A DNA stretch of 64,000 nt from a virus: positions 21,694 through 85,693 of IMG/VR virus record IMGVR_UViG_3300025115_000003; one strand, written 5' to 3'. Of the stretch, positions 30,701-41,300 are shown piece by piece. Positions within the stretch are counted from its first letter, which is position 1, and the number at the start of each line of letters is the position of its first letter. Under the pieces are notes generated by a model that ran no database searches, was not told where the DNA came from, and saw only the letters and a program-made list of their open reading frames with translations. The position numbers were made by a program, and so were the translations under genes.

Positions 30701-32301
30701 AGTTGTATATTTTTACCAATAGATTTTAAATTGTTTATATATTGCTCTGCTTCTTCTTTTGTTTCAAAAAAATTAATATCTCCTAAATTTACATCGCTAT
30801 AAGATTCTACATAATATTTAGGATAACCTTGTTTAGTATAGTCTTCTGAATTTTCTTTAATTTCATATTTAAGATTAGTAAAAGGTACTCCATTTTTAAT
30901 AGTTCTAATAATAGGATGCCCTAGTATTTCATGTATAGGAGTATCTAATGTAGCATAAGTTAAATTAATTACAGCAGTATTATTTTCTAATTTACCTTTA
31001 TATTGTTTAGTTCTATCAGATTCAAATCTTACAGGAATCCCTATTCTATCAGACATTCTTGCTGCTAAATCTCTGATAGTTTTTTCAGAGGCTACATACT
31101 CTTCTTGTTCTCTACCTTGTGGTAATTGATATTGTGTATTATTTGATTTATTAACAAACTCTTTAAATCCTTGTATATCTTGTTTACTCTCTAATATGTG
31201 GATTTGTTCTGGTTCAAATACACTATATGATTTAGAACCTTTATCCTCTACAAAATTTATATATATATAAGAATCATGATTTTTCCATAAAGCTACTCTT
31301 TCAGGAATAGATTTATCAGGTAATCCAAACATATCACTTTCTTCTTTTGGTAAATATCCATTTTCATATAACCAATTATCTAAATAGCCAACTGTCTTTA
31401 TAAGTTCATAGGGGTCAGGTTGCTCACCTGCCGAATCTAATTCCCAATCAAAATCTGCATCTGTAATTATAGGTTTTTCTATATTTAAGAGTACAGGGTA
31501 AATATTTTCAGTAGTAGATTTTCTTATTTCTTTAATTGTTTTTAATCTTTCTTTAGCTGCTTTTAATGTACCAAAGTGTATGTTATTATACATTTTCATA
31601 AACTTTTCAAAAGTAGCGTTAGTACCATGATAAACAATATCCTTTACTTTACTATTAGGAAATATAGTATCAAGATATTGAGAATAAAGAATTTGTGCTT
31701 GTTGTTTTTGTTGAGGGGTTATTTGATTAGGTTGAAATGAAGTTCTATTTTTCCATATATATCCACCACTTTCGGATTGATTATATCCCTTTAATTTAGA
31801 ATTTACAATAGGAAGTTCCAATTTATCTGCAACTGCTTGATAAATATATTTAGTCAATCCTTTACCTTGATGCTCTTGAGGAAGTCTTATCATTCCAACA
31901 ACAACTTCTCCATTTTTAATAACAACATTCATTTCTCCTAAACCAGCAACTCCATCTTGAGATGTTATAGATTTACCATTATAGGATATTATTATGTTTT
32001 GCACTTTTCCAAAATCCCTATCAGCACTTCTACCCAATTCAATAGAAATTCCGTTATAATCAGATTTAAATCCAACAGCTTCATATACAGCATTAGCTAA
32101 TTCAGGATTAGATTCAAATAGTTCTGTTACTCCTGGTTTAATAAAAGGTTTAATATCTAATTCCTCTAAAGTAGGAAATTTATCAACCCCATTCTCTTTT
32201 TGCCAAACTCCTATCTTAGCAGCTAATACATAAGGATTAATTCCACTTTCTTCTACCAGTTTAATAAAATCTGGACTATTTTTATTTATACAATTTACCA
32301 T
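24745..32301 (-). CDS. giant virion cargo / polyvalent protein (2518 aa) with GNAT-like, ART-like and zincin-like N-terminal domains
   Basis: Follows the vRNAP gene; QGKGL GNAT motif A; YHGT..F...IHFG...VFEPEQI; HEILGH; helical C-terminus with QFRSW typical of crAss cargo. Confidence 0.8.
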   Translation of the reverse strand: MVNCINKNSPDFIKLVEESGINPYVLAAKIGVWQKENGVDKFPTLEELDIKPFIKPGVTELFESNPELANAVYEAVGFKSDYNGISIELGRSADRDFGKVQNIIISYNGKSITSQDGVAGLGEMNVVIKNGEVVVGMIRLPQEHQGKGLTKYIYQAVADKLELPIVNSKLKGYNQSESGGYIWKNRTSFQPNQITPQQKQQAQILYSQYLDTIFPNSKVKDIVYHGTNATFEKFMKMYNNIHFGTLKAAKERLKTIKEIRKSTTENIYPVLLNIEKPIITDADFDWELDSAGEQPDPYELIKTVGYLDNWLYENGYLPKEESDMFGLPDKSIPERVALWKNHDSYIYINFVEDKGSKSYSVFEPEQIHILESKQDIQGFKEFVNKSNNTQYQLPQGREQEEYVASEKTIRDLAARMSDRIGIPVRFESDRTKQYKGKLENNTAVINLTYATLDTPIHEILGHPIIRTIKNGVPFTNLKYEIKENSEDYTKQGYPKYYVESYSDVNLGDINFFETKEEAEQYINNLKSIGKNIQLYQNLLKELEYGKGKEVLDRINKTYLPKDINSSTYSKDENVSFPDFYSQEEYDSYLEQHKENNKEEAIVELLGLYTANRLDKVKDGKLISLLKRLLKEMKAFVKQLLGQKEVEIDNLPDNMTLGDIADLLAYSNSKLILPGNEVVYTTPDNQQFKTYAEASKHISNLAKSVEDVDLSNMNLDILKQVDQNDNRLREPSSKDEYDSINAPIIVVRDGDNYIHKKNIGNIEYVDSYAGYFKNTTVFIKEFIEKNKEYEQSKEIIEEWKKVNNIQYNPEEVYSRGQEFISVVGAYSDFDVNLMMQNLLQHIEDNQKAGGEFTISAFTKPIDRIIPHMEGGGGKIKFKIYPKSEDIKWAADTDVFSGSVWDASKKVSKDKKSELLGVSYTKYPGMHNIHSVQPNLASIIDNLEGHHNELGISLTGSNFRLEYDNDIPSSTKKIIDSINSILDQKYGKLNKPEVKESKEKRRKAYSVIYNGVEQMRKDTLEKAKAFVKLHASKWNRDENSYTIQDSYFLEGYDGIQPTQTDKTLKESIHKVALRTLFDENQKEYFVKQGNASYSFGDTMEEALEIAKSDDFFDINEPYIIEEIISQKNEHRLNKEYTHQAITNIKIAKLKEVAKKYPRSLIRSEVKRISNSYSTQAYDNFGADDLIFQKLPSNFNLPLDDSDIHNQVTEFANSESKIIDPISTEISKANIILNTNNITPENTAKFNHQYYTNFPVFKTENNQVTVDEKVVAEYINHLESNDDLYNDSYSLEDTPTEEDPVITKLRLAINNRISTLRAGLTKNTPTAHKINIWNRINELYKDRQALVENRSIESIKEIANRQLTYVANLLDSPTINPAELRLAGNLIEMWQFKFTRALIPQEELDNPNSVSVTIYQQLGNKADLLSNKHYNISLDYAKDVINEQLPKLEVTRKDLTDIKDQGQITTLTLDTSMSNNKIVMAIDDAVKLSQNNQITTKRNILDTITKFFKALREDKAAFAKVGKDYDLFWQTYDLVSLKERIEKLESQIKRDKYPYGENKETTLTQIDILKAQMKVKYTGGFIDRFSDKWVTEENQYKMQLNKIRNDIGLSAEQKKDKIAKIVDAHHAKTIVIDLRFLNVSNIKKPDNPDKYKYRNEREYRAYLAKEWGEELADEFIEEAKERYQRYVEEKANVYEQIDLDTTITNKDSAKADWYGENDPIVAINVAFKDSNFREIGNYPNNRWIKRFPRKIEQGTNKDTGYFDSKFETVIKDKTLHTFFTLYKSMMASGMKMLPDQVRADLPYNFLANVHKSLIEELTGATIGQKVELIGNKMLDSFTTKEIAELNATQERKYSSRKLTGELEKNIPLKYISPVPIEDRTMDLEKMLILFMDVAINYDYKNQVRDKVEVLYSVLEKAAEIEENRKSGKPQLNIDGKEIRLEKEGLKTKQWARFTIDAIMYGERVNKGKPSDKKIFGFDSSLKNYENYDEVVAEIEKFMGSTHKDRLKKYQLAREIEMMRDELERRLEDNELFRYEANEDGSVTVYDYEGEVAMEYTDDNSELNISMAESHIKTRSKAVYEQKMKYLSERYKELGGKSLVYQNLGEMLMKLTQLKGMGLNLAAGIANISFGMVSNIVHANGDKEYGNKQLLQALGIMLKSLGQNPTNNKVFNYLSNLDVLFETVDIRYDAESSESRTRPLRNLDPYIIQNKTEYFVQGVSAIATALKQKVYTKQGEMSVWDLFNDQGKIDKSKFTEEDAIKWNDENIKADEKNEFTKLRAKIIQMNKYLHGNYDPSSPLQAKKVLIGRMLFQFRSWIPMGVVSRFYAERYDPQLDRRIKGRWVTYSDLGFSKSIVTLLKQLSYKKNAFDGLSDVDKENMRKNLAEITMAANLLLLTTLLKSSIEEDDDKKNLYDYTAMLLANQIYRAEQDIYFYMSPMTAYNVLKDPVPITKSISDLLFAMHGTIRYITDDEYRGQPPYVKWAKVFPFTNQLPKLNYLGTTSVRQNTIITNVIENVLDEDDE

Positions 32302-35300
32302 TTAATTACATTTTAAAAAGGTTTCTTTTTCTGCGGTTGACATTTCATTCCACATAGATTGAGTTATACCAAAATCTGATACAATATTACCATCATCTGT
32401 ATAAAGATTATCTACTGAATTAGGATCAGTATTTAAAAGTACAACATTAAATAATCCATTTTGTACAGGTCTAACTCCAAATTTAAACTTATATTTATTT
32501 CCTTGATTTAGAATACTTGCCCAATTTACTGCATTTTTATAAGGTATCTTTTTTAACTTACCCTCATTGTTTAAAAGTTTGTATTCTTGATAATAACGAT
32601 AAGCTATTAAAAAAGGAACTGGTCTATATTTATGATTACGTGGTATATTATTTGAAAATAAATTTAATTGATTAGAGTCATCTATATTAAATTCAGAAAA
32701 TAAATCTAATTGAGAAGATTGAGTAGAAGAAGATTGAGATTTTGTTACAAATCTATCTTTAAATTGTTGCTCATTGGATATATCTTTTCCTTCAATATTT
32801 CTAAAAGTCCAACCTTTTGGTGCTAAAATAGTTGTAGGAATACCTAATCTCATACCAGCCTTAGCTCCAGCTTCATCAAATCCAGTTTGTCCTCCAGTTC
32901 TAATATTTTCTATTTTATTTTTTAAATCAGGTGATTCTATAACTTCTTTTAATATTTTATAGGTCATTAAATCAATTTCTTCTTGATTCCAGCCTGCATC
33001 TTTCATTGTATAAATTCCATTTCCTGCAATATTTAAAGTTTTAGCATTAACTGAATTTAAAGCATCTACTATTGTTTTAACTTGAGTTTTAAAATTAGCA
33101 GTTTCGATATTAGAGGTTTCTGTTTTCTTTGGAACATTTAAAGCTATATATTTTTTATTTTGTTCTAATACAGATTTTTTAGTTAATTTTTCTCCTGCGC
33201 TATTGAAATTATAAGCAAAAGCAATAGTAGCATCTGCAGAAGCATTTTTAACAGTTCTTTCCTTGTATCCTGTACTTTGATCTTCTTGAAAGTCTATATC
33301 TTTTGTATCTTGTTGATTATTCCAATCATATTTATTAATTAAATAATCTAAAGCTGTAGCGTGAGAAGGTTCTCCTAATTCTTTGTAATATAGAATAGAT
33401 TTATCTTTTAATTCTCCTGATTTTAATTTTTCTCTAATCCATTCTGCTCTCGTATCTTGTGAATTAATAACCCAATCAATATATTTTTCAACAGCTTCTT
33501 TTATATTTTCTGTTTTAATTAAACCTTGTGTTTTACCAGCAGGGTCATGTGAGAATGGATTACCAAAATGTTTATTAGAATTTTTAATTCTTGTAGATAT
33601 AATATGAACTATAATACCATAAGCATTTGTAAAGGGGGAAGTTTGATCTTTAAGAGAACTCCAATTTTCAATTCTTACGTTTTTAGATACTGTTTTATTA
33701 CCTAATTTAGAATATATTTCTTCAGCTTCTGATTTAGGAGTATTACCTTCTTGTGTATTTTCAAACTTACTTTCTGTATTAACCTTTGGTTCAAGATTAA
33801 CTAATATTAAATCAAAAGCTGCACTAATAGTAGCTTCTAATGCACTATTAGGATTAACTTTAATATTAAATACTGCTAATACTCTTCTTACAATCTCCTT
33901 AGCAATTTCTTTAATTTCATCTAATATGCTACCTTCTTTTCTTATGATATTATTAAGTATTTCACTAAATGTCCCACCTTCTAATGCTTTTGCTACAAAT
34001 TCAGTATTAGATAATAAATTAATATATTGAAATTGAGTAGCTGTAAGTTTAGGTAATATTACATCTTCTCCTTTTTCTATTTTATGAATAGTAGATAAAT
34101 AATTTTCAGCAGCTTTTAGATTTCTATCGAAATATCTATCTGATGCTTTTAGCTCACTGATAATCCATTTACGAATATTATCTATTCTTGTGACTAATAC
34201 ATTTTCTTCAGCAGAATTTAATTTTCTATCTATATCCCAATTAACTAAAGTCTTTCTTAAAATTGCATGGTTAGTTTCATGAAGCAAAGTCATTATTTTA
34301 TCATCAATAGACATTTTACCAGTAGAATGTTTTGCTAAATTTATTTGTATGCCCTTACTATTAAATCTACCTTTAACATTCATATCATTATCAATAGTTA
34401 TAGGAACATCAATATCTCTTCTTTCGAGAACTCTACTATAGATTGTAGCAAGTTGTCTGTTATGAGCATTAACTCTATTATTAGATTTTACTTTATCCAA
34501 TGCTGCTTTCAAAGTAGGTTTTTCTAAAAATAAATTAACAAAAGATTGTTGCTTATTAGGTTTTTCTTCTGTTTCTGTTTTAATAACTTGAGGTTGATTA
34601 GCTTTAACTCCCATGTTATTTAATCCAATTATAGATAAACTATCTGGACTAATAGCATTAGCTTCAACAAAATTTAAACCATCTATGTTAAAACCACCTA
34701 ATACAGGAATCTTTTTGTATTTATAAAAATTACTATCTTTTCCATTTATTACTCCTGCTTGTAATTGATATAAGTGAGTAACAGTGTATTCCTTACTTAT
34801 ATTATTAGAAGTTATAGTTTCAGTTGAAGTAGTATGAAAAAATAAAGGGGGAATATTAGTTGTACTATAAGTAAAATCAGTAACAGTTCCAAAGCTATCT
34901 ACAATTTTAAGCTTAGGATCAATCTTATTTAATTTTATATCAGGAGTTTGATCAGGATTATGTTGAATATAAGCCTTAAATATATGATTTGGGTCTAACT
35001 CTGTTGTTCTTAATACATCAAAAAATCCAATGCTTTCTAAATACTCAAAAGAAATATCATTTCTATAATTAGCATTTACAGGTTGTCCTAAAACAAAAGT
35101 ATATTTAACTATATCTTGAGCAACCTTTCTAACATTAGCATCTTCATCTAACAATAAGTTATTTAAAGAGTTAACTATAGTCCTTCTGTCTAATCCTAAT
35201 TTAGAACCAAAGTTATGATTAATAGTATCAAAAAATGGATATTGTACAGATTTATTTAATCGTAGCGTATTAAGGAATGCATTATTCTTATACTTTGGGT

Positions 35301-38300
35301 TTTGTAGCAGTTCAGTTATCCTATCAACTAAAGACTTATTATTTTTATTATACATAAGTCTTACTCTAAGTCTATTTACAGGTTCATCATATAAATTAGA
35401 ATTACCTGAATAAGCATATTGTCTAATAAAAGTAAGAACTTTATTAAACTTATCTTGACTTAAAATATCTGATTCATAGAAAGATTTAAGATTAGCCATA
35501 ACGCTCTCTACTACATAAGAATCAAATCCTAATACAGAAGAAGTAGCTCTACCTAATCTAATACTATTAAATATATAGTGACCATATTCAGTATATAAAC
35601 CATAATCTTTACCATCTTTTCCTTCTCTTTTTGTATTAAAGAATATAGAATTAATGTTTTTGAAATTAGGATTAATATAATTGTAATCTTGCATAGAAGA
35701 AGAAAGCATATCTTGATAAATGATACCTGAATAATTCTTTCCTAATCCTTCTTTAGATAAAGTTAATGTTACCTTACGAATTTTATCTAATTCTTCAAAG
35801 TAGTTTTCAATTTTAGCAAAACTATCTAATATAACTAACTGTTGAGTAATATAATTATAATCATCTTTCCATTCTCTATTAGCTTTTAGTTCATCAACGG
35901 TAAATGTAGTTTTCTTTTGTATATCTTCTGGGATAGGAATCTGTTTAAGTAAGTCTACATATCTATCTTTTACAGCAGCTATAGCTAATTGTTTAGCTTT
36001 ATGATTAGTCAAACGAGGGCTATCGTTCTTTAACGAAAATGCTTGCCCTACAATATGTTTAATAACTGGTTGATTAATATATGCTAATATTTGAGTAATA
36101 TTTAATGCATTATTATCTGAATCTTTTAAAATAGACAATAGAATAGAAGCACCTGCTGTCATTTCATTAATATTAATATACCCCGCAATTGGATTATTTG
36201 CATTATCAATTACAGCATTCATCAACATTACTAAATTATTAGAAGTAGTTCTTTCTTGACCATCATATTCAGATATACCAATATCACTAAGTTTGGATAA
36301 TTTAAGACCCTCAAAGATACGAATATCATCATTTACTATATCGCCATTAGCATTTTCTTTAGTTAATCTAATATCTTCTTTTCCTTCAAATATTGCATAT
36401 AAGGTATTATAATTAGCATATACTGAAATAAGATCTGCTCCAGATTGTTGGCTAATATATGAATCTCTCTGATATATCCAACTATTTATATCTCTATATT
36501 TAACAGGAATATAATCTTTTGCTTCTTCATAAATATCTGCAAAATCAATAGATGTAGTCATTTTATCATATACCTCTGGATTTAATAATACAGATTTATG
36601 TATATCTATATAATTATTTATAAGTTTATTTCTTTCTGTAAATTTACGATCTCTTATACTAACTAATTCCCATTTTTTAGAAGCTAAACTTTTAATTTGT
36701 TCAGTTAATCTTTCCGTAAGTTGTGAAAATCTAACTATTTTTCCATCTTTAAGATTACTAATCTGTAATTGTATATTATCTAACTTAATAAATAGTTGAT
36801 CTAATTCAGCTTCAATTTGAACTAATTCTTCTTCTGTATTAGGCTTACGATTAGATATGTAATCTATTTCACCTTTTATCTTATTGTATTTAGATAAGAT
36901 TTTATAAGTATTAGAATCTTTATTTATTTCAGTAGCAACTAAATCATTTAGTTCTTGAGATGCTTTATCTCTTTGTTCAACGTTTAATTTAATAGAAAGT
37001 TCTATCTTTTCCCATGTATCATTTAATTCTGTTTCATCTTCTTTGACAATGGCTAAACTTCTATCTAAAGGATTATAATAATATTCTTTTAGATATGAAT
37101 AAAGTTTATCAATATCAAAGTCAGAACCCATTTGATATACAATCTCAGAAGGTACTATTACAGTATCCTTAATAGATTTAGGTAAGAAACCTACAATTTC
37201 AAAAGGTAACATATTACCATGATCTTGATTAGGAATCCTAAATCCAATACCTTCTAATAACTCTTTAGGTAATTTATTTATATCAATTGTAACTTTACCA
37301 TTTTCATCAGTAGTCATAAACATACCAATATCTAAATCTTTTCCGTAATTATCTTTGAAATTCCAAGTTACAATTATTTGAGCAGGCTTAACTACTTTAC
37401 CATCCTTTTTAACAAAAGACAAACCTTTACTTAAATCTACTCCAGCTACAGGAATAATAGATTCTGTATAATTATTAATATCTGTTTGAATATCTACAGG
37501 TTGAAAATCTATTCCAGGTATTTGTACCCAAGAATTACCTGGTATCTTATGTTTAACTAATTGCTTATTAATTATACTATAAAGAAGGGATTCTATTCTA
37601 TGTAATTCAGAGTTATATATAAAAGGTAATACAAAAGTTTTACTTTCTTGATCTAATTTAAGAGCCTTAATAGATTCAGTTTCCCATTGTCTACTATTAG
37701 CCTCTTCTAATAATATATTTTTTATTTTATTTAAATCTGTAAAGATAAACTCATCAGTAAACTTATCTATAGTTATGCCTAATTTTTCTTGTAAACTTTC
37801 GATACCTAAATCAAATAATCTTTTACGTATCCATTCTTTTTCTAATTCTAATTCTTCTCCAGTATAGGTATTTCCATTGTATTCAAATCCTTCTACTCTT
37901 CTTAAACCAGAAAATAAACCTCTGTTAACTTGAGTAACAGTTAATATTTTAGTTTTACTATGTGGACTAATTGTGTTTAATCCATCAAATTGTCTATCGT
38001 GAATAGATATATAATCTGATGCATCAAGGTTATTTAAATTTTCATTAATATTACCTCTTTCATATAAAGGAAATACTGCATTATCTTTTACTTTAACTGC
38101 TGAACTATAAGACAATCTTTGAATATTATTATCTTTCATAAATTGTCTAATGGCTACTAACTTAGGACTACCTTTTACTACTTGTGGCAATAGTCCAAAA
38201 TATGAAGATTTAGTTAAATCGGGATAAATAGTATCTTCCGTAGAAGAATATACATTAGTAAAACTAATAGGTTTAAGTACTTGAATGGGTATATCTAAAT

Positions 38301-41300
38301 CACTAATTTTGTAATTATCTGGGTCTTTTGCAATACGCTCCATTACTTTATCATATTGCGACTTAGTAATTACATCATAAGATAATAATATTTTAAAATA
38401 TTCAGTGTCTTCTAACCATTCAAATCCATCAGTAGATGTAATATTTTTATATCCTCTTTTTTTAAGTTCTTCAATAGTAGAATTATAATCAGGATCATTA
38501 ACTACAATCCTATTATATTGACCACTTAAATTACCTACTGCATAAGGAGTTAATGCACTTTTTAATCTCTTTTGCATAGCTTCAGCAGTAGCACTATAAT
38601 CAATAATTTCTCCTTGAGCTTTAGTAAAATGAGCAGGATCATTAACTGTAAGTAAATGTTGATCTATATTAAAGAAATAATTATTTAAAGCAAAATCTGC
38701 AATGGCATATTTATACAATCTATTACCAAAATAAGATGTAGCTTTAGTAACTTTTGCTAAATATCTATTGTCCATATACTTAGACCGCAAATAACCATTT
38801 TGTACAGTTATTGTACCAGAGTTAATAAAATCTAATTCGGTAGAAGTTACTAGTTGAGTTAAATGTCTCCTTAATAATTTTTTAATTACATTAATTGTAT
38901 CTCTATTAATATTTAATACATCATTAGTATAAAGAATATCATACTCTTGTTGTGAAATAAATGAAGTACCAATACGAGGTTTAAGGTTTTGATAATCTAA
39001 CCAACCATGTAAAATAAATCTTTCTGCTCCTTTATTGTAAGTTTGAGATTTAGTAGATTGTATTTTAGACCTAAATCTTATTATCCTTTTATACTCTCCT
39101 TTTACATAGTTAAAAGCATAATCTATCAATTCAGGACTTAATTCTAACTCACCTGATTCATTAATCTTTATTCCAGTAACAAGGTTATTAATAGCTTTAG
39201 GTCTGGTTATTTCAAATACAGGGGTTTGTGAACTATCGCCATATGTAATACCTATCATATAAGCATTTCTATAGCCTTGATTTTGAAATAGATTTAAAGC
39301 CATAGTATTCTGAGAAGTATTAACTGCTCCACCACGTTCTAATACAGTTGCATCAATACCTGCCATTTTAGACAAAGTGAGTGCATCAAAGTAATGTAAA
39401 TTAAAGGTCAAATTTTGCCCCCTGTCGCTTTGTAGGGAACGTAAGAAAGGACTAAATTTTGAAATAGATGTTTGGAGTAGTTGATTTAATAAAGTGCTGT
39501 CAGATTGCTTAATTTGGGCTATAATAGAGGACAAACGGTTATACTTTCGTACAGTCCATATATTATCATTATTACTATTCCTTGTACTTAAAGAATATAC
39601 TACAGAATTATTTCTATAGAATTGTTTGCTTAATGGTACAATATATTGATCATATAAAGTACCTGAGAAATTAAATTTATTATCAATAAATGGCTCATTG
39701 ATAACAGTAGCATCTTCTAAAGTTCTAAGTAATTCTCCAAGAAAACTTGCTATAGTATTATTTTTGTAATAGGGATATAATATATTAGCATTCCAAACAC
39801 TATTACTTGATTTATTTTGAATCTGTGCTTTTTTAGAATCAATAAAAGTTTTAAAACTATCTAAATCTATATTAAGTCCAAGTTTAGACAAAGAACCTAA
39901 TATTTTATTTAAGTATTCATCTGAAGTAAAAGCTGTTTTAGGTCGTTTAGCCTTATCTTGTAAATCATACAACTCCTTTTGCTCTTTATAGTAAGTTCTA
40001 AATTCAGTAGCTACTTCTTCTACTAAGGCAGAATTAATAGAAGGAATATCAATTCCATCTACAGTAGTATAATTAATTAAGTTAGAACTTTTGATTCCTT
40101 CAACCCATTGAGCAATTACTCCTTTGTATCCATTAGTAGCTGATAATTCAGAATTAACATATCTATAACCTACAAGTTCTTCATCGTAATATACTGGATA
40201 TCTTAAAGTTTTAATTGAATCATTTCTTGACTGAATAATATTATTTACAAATAAAGTTTTAAATGATGTAGCTGAATCAGTAGATTTAAGAGATTTTAAT
40301 TTATTTATAACATTTAAATATACAGGTTTAACTTTTGCTCTATCTTCTAATATAGCTATGGCTTCATCTAAATTAGTAGCTTGACCTGCTATATCTATAA
40401 GTAAATGATCATATAAATAATCTATATCAGCAGGAACTTTAAATCCTAAACTATTTCTTTTACTTACTACTTTACCATCTTCATTAAAATCTAATTGATT
40501 AACTGTAGATAACATTAATCTAAATTTACCACTATGTAAACGAGGATCAATAGTTGCTTCTAAGTGAGGAGAATATTTAATTCTTTCATACATATTATCT
40601 TCTTCACCAGCAATTAAATCTTCTTCATTTACCATACCTCTATCTTTAGCTAAATCATAAAGATATTTAACTACTCTATCGTAGTTAGGTAATATTCTAT
40701 TAAATGCATCTATTGAAGAATCTAATCTTTCTTGAGTATTAATACCCAATAAGGCTAAATAAGGCTCTTGTTTTTCAGTTAGATTATTAATATCTGCTTC
40801 TTTAATAATATCAAATACTTCTTCTAATAAAGTTCTTATTGATTCAATAGATTTAGATAAATTGTTATTATCTACGTTTGCATCTTTATTTAATATATTA
40901 TCTATAACTCTACCGAATAAATAATTAACTACATCTTCTTGTTCAGATAAACTATTAAATACATCAGTAAGATAATTTTGCTGAATAATTCCAAATTCAG
41001 TTGAGTCATAATTAACTTCTCCTGGAGTAAATGCTATAGAATAACTTGAATCATCTTCATCAAATAAAGGTTTATGAGTATCTTCTACCTCTTTTGTATC
41101 TATAACTTCAACTACGGTATCAGAAACTTCATATTCTCCAAAATAATCTTCAAGGACACCTGGTGTTTCTAATCCATCTATTCTAAATTGAGTTTCAAAT
41201 TGAGCCAAAGGAATACGAGAAGATTCATATTTAAGTGTACCATTAATAGTAGTAGTCAATACATCTTTAATAAAATCATTGTATCTTGGATAACTATAGG

